Shown in pieces: positions 58,533 through 64,000 of a stretch of 64,000 nt of DNA (the first letter of the stretch is position 1; each line of letters opens with the position of its first letter). Origin of the DNA: a virus. The translations under genes were made by a program, and so were the position numbers. The stretch covers positions 1 to 64,000 of the IMG/VR virus record IMGVR_UViG_3300007535_000003. One strand, written 5' to 3'. The notes beneath the pieces are model-generated. The model was not told the DNA's origin. It was given only the letters and a program-made list of their open reading frames with translations, and made no database searches.

Positions 58533-59180
58533 ATGGCTAGAGAAGCTTATAATATTGCAGTTACAGGTAATAGTGGGAGAGGTAAAAGTTATTCTCTGCG
58601 AAATTTAGATCCTGAAACAACTGGTTTTATAAATATGGAAGCAAAGCCTCTACCATTTAAGAACAACTTCAAATTTTATTACGTCCCAAAAGATTGGAAC
58701 GACGCTTATAATAAATTAATAGAATATGCCAAAAATGACAGTGTAAAAACAGTTGTACTTGAAAGTTTCACTCAGTATATGGACAGTGTACTAAAAGCAT
58801 CTAGGGAGATTAAGAAAGGTTTCGATATATGGAACTTCTACAATCAAAAAATAGGTGAATTAAACTATATAATAAAAAGGTATCCTAAAGATATTATAGT
58901 TACTGCACATACTGAGAAAGTTGAAACTGACAATGGAGTGGTAGAAGAACGCATATTCGTAAAAGGAAAGGAATGGAAAAGCGATATAGAAAAAGACTAT
59001 ACAATTGTACTATACGCCGATGCCAAAATATCAGATTCTTCCAAACGTGACTACTTCTTCAGATTAAATACGGATGGTATAATTAATGCAAAGACTCCGC
59101 CTATGTTGTTTGAGGATCAGGAAACAATCCCCAATGACGTCAAAGAAGTATTAGACGAATTAGACAGAGTATTTAATTAA
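58533..59180 (+). CDS. P-loop ATPase (AAA_24/Sak4-like recombination protein)
   Basis: GNSGRGKSYSLRNL, AKTPP, IPND. Confidence 0.8.
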   Translation: MAREAYNIAVTGNSGRGKSYSLRNLDPETTGFINMEAKPLPFKNNFKFYYVPKDWNDAYNKLIEYAKNDSVKTVVLESFTQYMDSVLKASREIKKGFDIWNFYNQKIGELNYIIKRYPKDIIVTAHTEKVETDNGVVEERIFVKGKEWKSDIEKDYTIVLYADAKISDSSKRDYFFRLNTDGIINAKTPPMLFEDQETIPNDVKEVLDELDRVFN

Positions 59181-59199
59181 TTAAACACAGATATATATT

Positions 59200-59808
59200 A
59201 TGCCATTATACGACATGACCAAAGATGTTCAAAAAGAGGGTAACGGTAGTGCTTATTTGGAAGCTGGTATTCATGAAAACATCGTGCTAAGTGATGTATC
59301 ATATAACGAATCTAGGAATGGTAACAAATTTCTAGCTTTCTATTTCTCCGATGAGAATGGGAATCAAGTACCTAAAACAGAATGGGAACCCAATGGAGAG
59401 AATCAAGAAAGCAAAGTTAATAAACAACTAGCTAGAATAAAGCATATTGCCGTAAACTCAGGTATTTTGAGCGAAGATGAGTTCGTCTTCAAAGCAGAAG
59501 ATTTTGAGAGTTTCGCTAAACAAGTAGTTGAGAAACTAAAATCTAAACAAGATCAATGGAAAGATCATAAGCTTAGGGTAAAAGTAGTATATGATTTTAA
59601 CAACTATACAACTTTGCCTAGCTACGCTAAATTTGATTGGCTAGAAAATATGAATATACCTGCGGATCAATCAAAGATTAAGATCTTGCCTATAGATAAA
59701 ATGGAGAGAGATAAACCTGATTCTACTCAGACTTCATCTAACCCATTTGATAGTAATACCCAGGAACAGGGTAAGAGTTCAAAGACTGATGAAAATGTTC
59801 CATTCTAA
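59200..59808 (+). CDS. Single-stranded DNA-binding protein (putative)
   Basis: Follows the ATPase; acidic tail ending DENVPF. Confidence 0.6.
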   Translation: MPLYDMTKDVQKEGNGSAYLEAGIHENIVLSDVSYNESRNGNKFLAFYFSDENGNQVPKTEWEPNGENQESKVNKQLARIKHIAVNSGILSEDEFVFKAEDFESFAKQVVEKLKSKQDQWKDHKLRVKVVYDFNNYTTLPSYAKFDWLENMNIPADQSKIKILPIDKMERDKPDSTQTSSNPFDSNTQEQGKSSKTDENVPF

Positions 59809-59906
59809 ATTAGCATATAATATCCCTCTTCGGAGGGTACATATATATACCCAGGGCTTTGTTTTACAACAAGGCCCTATTTTTTGCTAGCTCAAGTATA
59901 ATAACA

Positions 59907-60297
59907 AGCTCGATAGCGGAACCAGAAGACGCACTGATTAGCCTTGACCCCTAAGGCTTGAAATTGGGGGGAGGCCTTGCTATCCTAAGAAACTGAATCT
60001 TTTTATATCAATGACAAGATATAAAGATAGCAACGCTCGTGGGCGTAGAATAACGAGCAAAGGTACAACTGTGCACTAAGTATTATATACCTGCAAAGAA
60101 TATTAAATACGTATAGTTGATTACCGGTCAGGACGCACTAAATGGTAGTAATAGAATCCATTCAAAGAATCTATTGACCCGATAAATACTAAGTTATAGT
60201 GCAATATCCAGTAATAGACACGTTGAATTGAAGTTCGACTTAATACTACTAACAAGTAAAGTAAGTAAGTGTTGCAGGTTCAAGCCCTGCTCGAGCT
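59907..60297 (+). ncRNA. tRNA-framed ~390-nt structured RNA
   Basis: Acceptor AGCTCGA/TCGAGCT; D-arm GCG...CGC; T-arm GCAGG-TTCAAGC-CCTGC; ~320-nt structured insert at the anticodon position. Confidence 0.65.
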
Positions 60298-60305
60298 TGT
60301 TACTA

Positions 60306-60375
60306 GCCGGGTAGCTCAACGGTAGAGCCTAGGATTTTACCCTAGAGAAGCGAGGTTCGAGTCCTTGCCCCGGCA
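60306..60375 (+). tRNA. Atypical tRNA, anticodon TTT (Lys-like)
   Basis: GCCGGG/CCCGGC, GCTCAACGGTAGAGC, CTAGG-ATTTTAC-CCTAG, GCGAGG-TTCGAGT-CCTTGC. Confidence 0.65.
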
Positions 60376-60389
60376 CTAAATTAATAAGC

Positions 60390-60641
60390 ATGAAAAAATA
60401 TAATACATTTGTAACATACGCAACTAACGACAAGGGCGAAGATATCACAGAAGATAACAAATTAATATGGCATAAGTATAAAAAGGGTAGTAGAAAAGAA
60501 TATGTAAGCGTATCTAAAAGAGCTCAAGATGGGGATATACCTCAATTGAATGAACCTAATAGTAGAACTGTTTCATACTACACGAGAAATATACCTAAAT
60601 TCGGCGAAGAGAGAACTGAGTTCATTATTTTTGAAAGCTAG
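60390..60641 (+). CDS. Hypothetical protein
   Basis: 83-aa ORF. Confidence 0.55.
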   Translation: MKKYNTFVTYATNDKGEDITEDNKLIWHKYKKGSRKEYVSVSKRAQDGDIPQLNEPNSRTVSYYTRNIPKFGEERTEFIIFES

Positions 60642-60645
60642 TACT

Positions 60646-61623
60646 ATGCTATACGACACTGATAAACTTACACCTGTTACAGAGGAAAATATTTTAAAGA
60701 GAACTACTGAGTATGATATTTACTCTTACTATATAGGAAGAAAAGTACCAATAAATACTAAATTTAATAGTCCCCTAAGAAAAGATGATGATCCTTCATT
60801 TGGTTTATTTATGGCCAAAAAGACCAGGAGTCTATTATTTAAAGATCAGGGTACTGGTATAGTAGGTAACTGTTTTAAGTTTGTACAATTATATAAACAA
60901 TTAGCTACTTATAGAGATGCCTTAAATAAAATAAATAAGGATTTAAGTTTAGGCTTGTTAGAAAGGTCACAAAAAGGCTTACTAGTAAGGGACAAGTACA
61001 AGCCTAGTAGGACTAAGATAGCTGTAAAGAAAAGGAATTTTACAAAATTTGATTTGGATTATTGGTCTCAGTTCTGTATTACAAGAGAGACGCTAAGGAA
61101 GTTTAATATATTCCCTATAAGTAAATTATGGATAAATGATGCGGTATCCAAGTATTTTTATAGTAAAAGAGAGCCTATGTATGCTTATAGGATATATAAT
61201 AAGTTTAAAATATATAGGCCACATAGTTCTAAAGATAACAAGTTCCTAAATAACTGTAACAAGCACGATATACAAGGGTTCCAGCAGTTGAAAAAATCTG
61301 GGGAACTAGTTATTGTAACCAAATCCTTAAAGGATGTTATGGTTCTATACGAACTGGATTTTAGTTCTATAGCTGCTAACAGTGAATCTACTCCAATACC
61401 TAAAGATGTAATGTTAGATCTAAAGAAGAGGTTTAATAGGGTGGTAGTGTTATATGATAATGATAGCACTGGTGTAAAGGGTATGATTGATATGAAGAAG
61501 GCATACAACTTAAAATGTATCTTTATACCCTTAGGGTATAGAGCTAAAGATATAAGTGATCTTATAAAAAAAGTAGGTTTTAACAAAACTTATACAATAT
61601 TAAACAAGCTACTTTATGGATAA
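60646..61623 (+). CDS. DNA primase (crAss-like, TOPRIM)
   Basis: SPLRKDDDPSFG, KIYRP, IVTKSLKDVM, LYDNDSTG, KDISD. Confidence 0.85.
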   Translation: MLYDTDKLTPVTEENILKRTTEYDIYSYYIGRKVPINTKFNSPLRKDDDPSFGLFMAKKTRSLLFKDQGTGIVGNCFKFVQLYKQLATYRDALNKINKDLSLGLLERSQKGLLVRDKYKPSRTKIAVKKRNFTKFDLDYWSQFCITRETLRKFNIFPISKLWINDAVSKYFYSKREPMYAYRIYNKFKIYRPHSSKDNKFLNNCNKHDIQGFQQLKKSGELVIVTKSLKDVMVLYELDFSSIAANSESTPIPKDVMLDLKKRFNRVVVLYDNDSTGVKGMIDMKKAYNLKCIFIPLGYRAKDISDLIKKVGFNKTYTILNKLLYG

Positions 61624-63664
61624 ATGTATCAAAAAAGAGGAAATAGCAATTAGTCTAGAGCACTTAAATGCTATAACAGCAACCAGAACAGCTGTACTAG
61701 ATCAAGGCCACACATATACATATATTTCTAATTCAGCTGTAGATCTTTTTAACAGGGTGATATCTTCATTAGCTAATAAGCTTACAAAAGATAAACAGGA
61801 CTTATCAGAATTTAAAGCTAAAGAAGTTAAATCTGATTTAGATTTAGATAGTATTAATAGGTTAGAAAGAAGAATAAAGATTACTTCAGAGGCTATAGAT
61901 GTAAGTAAATACCTTAAAGGCAGGCCGTTCTCCAACGGCTATAAAATAACAACTGACCATACAGTAAATGAAACTAAACTTAGTGAAATACCTTTAAGTT
62001 TGCATATAGACAATAAAGGGAAAGCTCTTATATTTACTAGAGCTTTATTGGGGAAATCAATAATACAGATATTAGAAGAGAGTGGGCATATTGGTCCAGT
62101 TAATATGAGATGTGCAGTGGAGGTTCTGCTAAATAATTCTGATCTGATTACAATACCAAAGAACTATAAGGATCTATTGCCCCCAATATCCACACACTAT
62201 GGGATAATTTCAATATCCACATACTATGGGATAATTTGTCGTTCAGAACAACAATCTATATGGACCTACATAGCAAAAGTTATAAAAATGTCTTCTGAGG
62301 ACCTTGATTATCAACCCTATTTTAAAGAGATTAAGCTTGGTAGAGCTATAACAGCTATAATGGGCAGTGCTGTACCTAGTGCAGTAGTAGAAAAAATAGT
62401 GCAAGAAGTTAAGGACTTGGCAGATTCTGCTAATACTAACCTAGAAAAAGCTGTTAGTATAGTAGAAGGTCATGATATATTATTTTATTACAATAGGCAT
62501 AATAATCTATTCTTAGAAAAATTGCCAGAAGGAGTTGTAGAAAGTGCCAATATTAATGCTCAAGAAAAAGGCGGATCATTAGCAGGTAGTTGTATGAACG
62601 GCTATTCTAATTATAGTAAGTTGAATTTTTATGCCTATAATCCTGATAGAATTAAGTTGCTAGTTTTAAAGAGTAAAGTACCTAATAAAATCTTAGCTAG
62701 GAGTATTCTATGGTTACCAGATGATGGTAAGGTATATATGGATAGAATATATTCTATTTCAGAGACATGTGCTAGAATACTTAGGAAATATGCTAAGGAT
62801 AAAGGGTTCATAGGTATACATCACAGCTCTGTGATATCTGATACTGGGTATGATGCCAAATTTGTATTAGAAGACTTGTACGCACCTAATATTAAGCACT
62901 ATAGACTCCCTTATTTAGACTCTCTAAACAGGAGAGGTTTTGTACTCACCAAGGATAACAAAGTCAAAGTTACATTATCTTATGGTCCATTTAATACCCC
63001 TGAGAAAGATAAATGGGTAAAAAGAAAAGTAGAAGATGATGAAGTTAAGTATATTGATGAGTCGGATATTTCAAATAAGAATAGTCTTAATGTAGATAAA
63101 GATAAAATAGCAACTCTTACAAAAATAATAAATACTTCTAAAACAGAAGATCTGGATAATGAGGTAAGTTTTAACACTGATGCTAATATTAAAGCAAAAA
63201 AGGTAAGCTCTGATCCTAATTTAGAAGGCGTTATCAGTGATATTAATAAAATACTGTCAACAAGGTATGGGGTAAAGAGTCCACTACGGTCTAAAAACAT
63301 GGGTATCAAAAGAATATTTAGTCAATACATGACTTTAAACAGTGTAACAAACAGAAACTTTTTTAACCGTATTAATGTAGACGAAGCAGTAAATACAAAA
63401 ACATTCAATAACACAATTTGCTCTGTAGAAATTGGCAGCAAGGATGTTATATATAAGGATAAGCACTTAGTAAAGAATTTACTATTAAATCCTGATATAG
63501 ATTTTTATGTAACAAAAAAGAATATTGTGACAGATCCTAATTATCTAAATGTGACTCAGTCAGGTCCCTATTGTATCATATTACATAAAAATAATATCTT
63601 TAAAGTTTTTGGTAAGAACAATATAAAAGAAGTAAGTACCAATTATTACAAACATACGGCCTAA
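61616..63664 (+). CDS. Large hypothetical protein
   Basis: GSCM...LARSILW...YMDRIYS...PYLDS conserved-looking phage domain. Confidence 0.65.
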   Translation: MDKCIKKEEIAISLEHLNAITATRTAVLDQGHTYTYISNSAVDLFNRVISSLANKLTKDKQDLSEFKAKEVKSDLDLDSINRLERRIKITSEAIDVSKYLKGRPFSNGYKITTDHTVNETKLSEIPLSLHIDNKGKALIFTRALLGKSIIQILEESGHIGPVNMRCAVEVLLNNSDLITIPKNYKDLLPPISTHYGIISISTYYGIICRSEQQSIWTYIAKVIKMSSEDLDYQPYFKEIKLGRAITAIMGSAVPSAVVEKIVQEVKDLADSANTNLEKAVSIVEGHDILFYYNRHNNLFLEKLPEGVVESANINAQEKGGSLAGSCMNGYSNYSKLNFYAYNPDRIKLLVLKSKVPNKILARSILWLPDDGKVYMDRIYSISETCARILRKYAKDKGFIGIHHSSVISDTGYDAKFVLEDLYAPNIKHYRLPYLDSLNRRGFVLTKDNKVKVTLSYGPFNTPEKDKWVKRKVEDDEVKYIDESDISNKNSLNVDKDKIATLTKIINTSKTEDLDNEVSFNTDANIKAKKVSSDPNLEGVISDINKILSTRYGVKSPLRSKNMGIKRIFSQYMTLNSVTNRNFFNRINVDEAVNTKTFNNTICSVEIGSKDVIYKDKHLVKNLLLNPDIDFYVTKKNIVTDPNYLNVTQSGPYCIILHKNNIFKVFGKNNIKEVSTNYYKHTA

Positions 63665-63675
63665 ATTTTCAAAAT

Positions 63676-64000
63676 ATGCCAGATATAAGCTTGAGAATGT
63701 TAAAGAATGTGCTGTCTATACAATCTAAATCTACTTACAGCAAAGATAGTAAAGACAATGATTTGCAGATAAGGAGGTACATAAAGTCTGTGCTGTCTTC
63801 TAATAATATTAAACATTTTGAAGATGGGTACGGCAACATATATGCTGTAAAAGGCAAAACAGAACTGTACGATTGTATAGTAGCTCATGTTGATACAGTA
63901 CACAACATTAACAACAACGTAGAAGTGAATAGAAATGGGGATTACCTATATGCCTTTGACCCTATAAATGTTAAACAAGCAGGTATAGGGGGTGATGATC
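63676..64000 (+). CDS. M20/M28-type zinc peptidase (partial, runs off the right edge)
   Basis: DGYGNIYAVKG...VAHVDTVH...GIGGDD. Confidence 0.8.
   Translation, partial: MPDISLRMLKNVLSIQSKSTYSKDSKDNDLQIRRYIKSVLSSNNIKHFEDGYGNIYAVKGKTELYDCIVAHVDTVHNINNNVEVNRNGDYLYAFDPINVKQAGIGGDD

Noticed and set aside
59940-60265. Group I intron call for the insert in the 59.9-kb tRNA-like RNA
   Set aside because: Could not identify P1 U:G, P4-P7 core motifs or a splice that restores a canonical anticodon loop
3903-63903. Numerous short ORFs antisense to or nested in long genes in the ORF track (e.g. 21906-22295, 30262-30618, 51575-51961, 61185-61586)
   Set aside because: Shadow frames of AT-rich genes with no motifs; only 42299-42694 has a recognisable domain
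1-64000. Genome-wide stop-codon reassignment (TAG/TGA), as seen in some crAss-like phages
   Set aside because: Long structural and replication ORFs are intact in code 11 and several genes end at TAG right before the next gene; only Hsp20 has an internal TAG

Overview
AT-rich fragment of a crAss-like (Crassvirales-type) Bacteroidota phage genome, read in genetic code 11. It has two divergent blocks. The minus-strand late block (1-35.3 kb) holds tail/muzzle/ring proteins, a lysis cassette, tail fibres, a glycosyltransferase/HNH/methyltransferase trio, capsid, scaffold, portal, an intein-containing TerL, a GroES-like protein and an amber-interrupted Hsp20. The plus-strand early/replication block (35.8-64 kb) holds many small ORFs, a cold-shock protein, an SLT, PolA, a DnaB-like helicase, an AAA ATPase, an SSB-like protein, primase and a partial peptidase. 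The most unusual content is an RNA layer the ORF track does not show. (1) A circularly permuted two-piece tmRNA whose T-loop is split by a group I intron carrying an antisense LAGLIDADG nuclease, with a small ORF in the intervening segment. (2) An AAACCACAAAA motif at the start regions of about ten early genes, with a single antisense copy (including anti-ATG) heading a ~1.3-kb structured non-coding region. (3) Three tRNA-shaped RNAs with large structured insertions. (4) An ECF-like AAC-N16-CGTA promoter motif, mostly on the late strand. All protein calls come from motif recognition and synteny by eye; no database searches were run.
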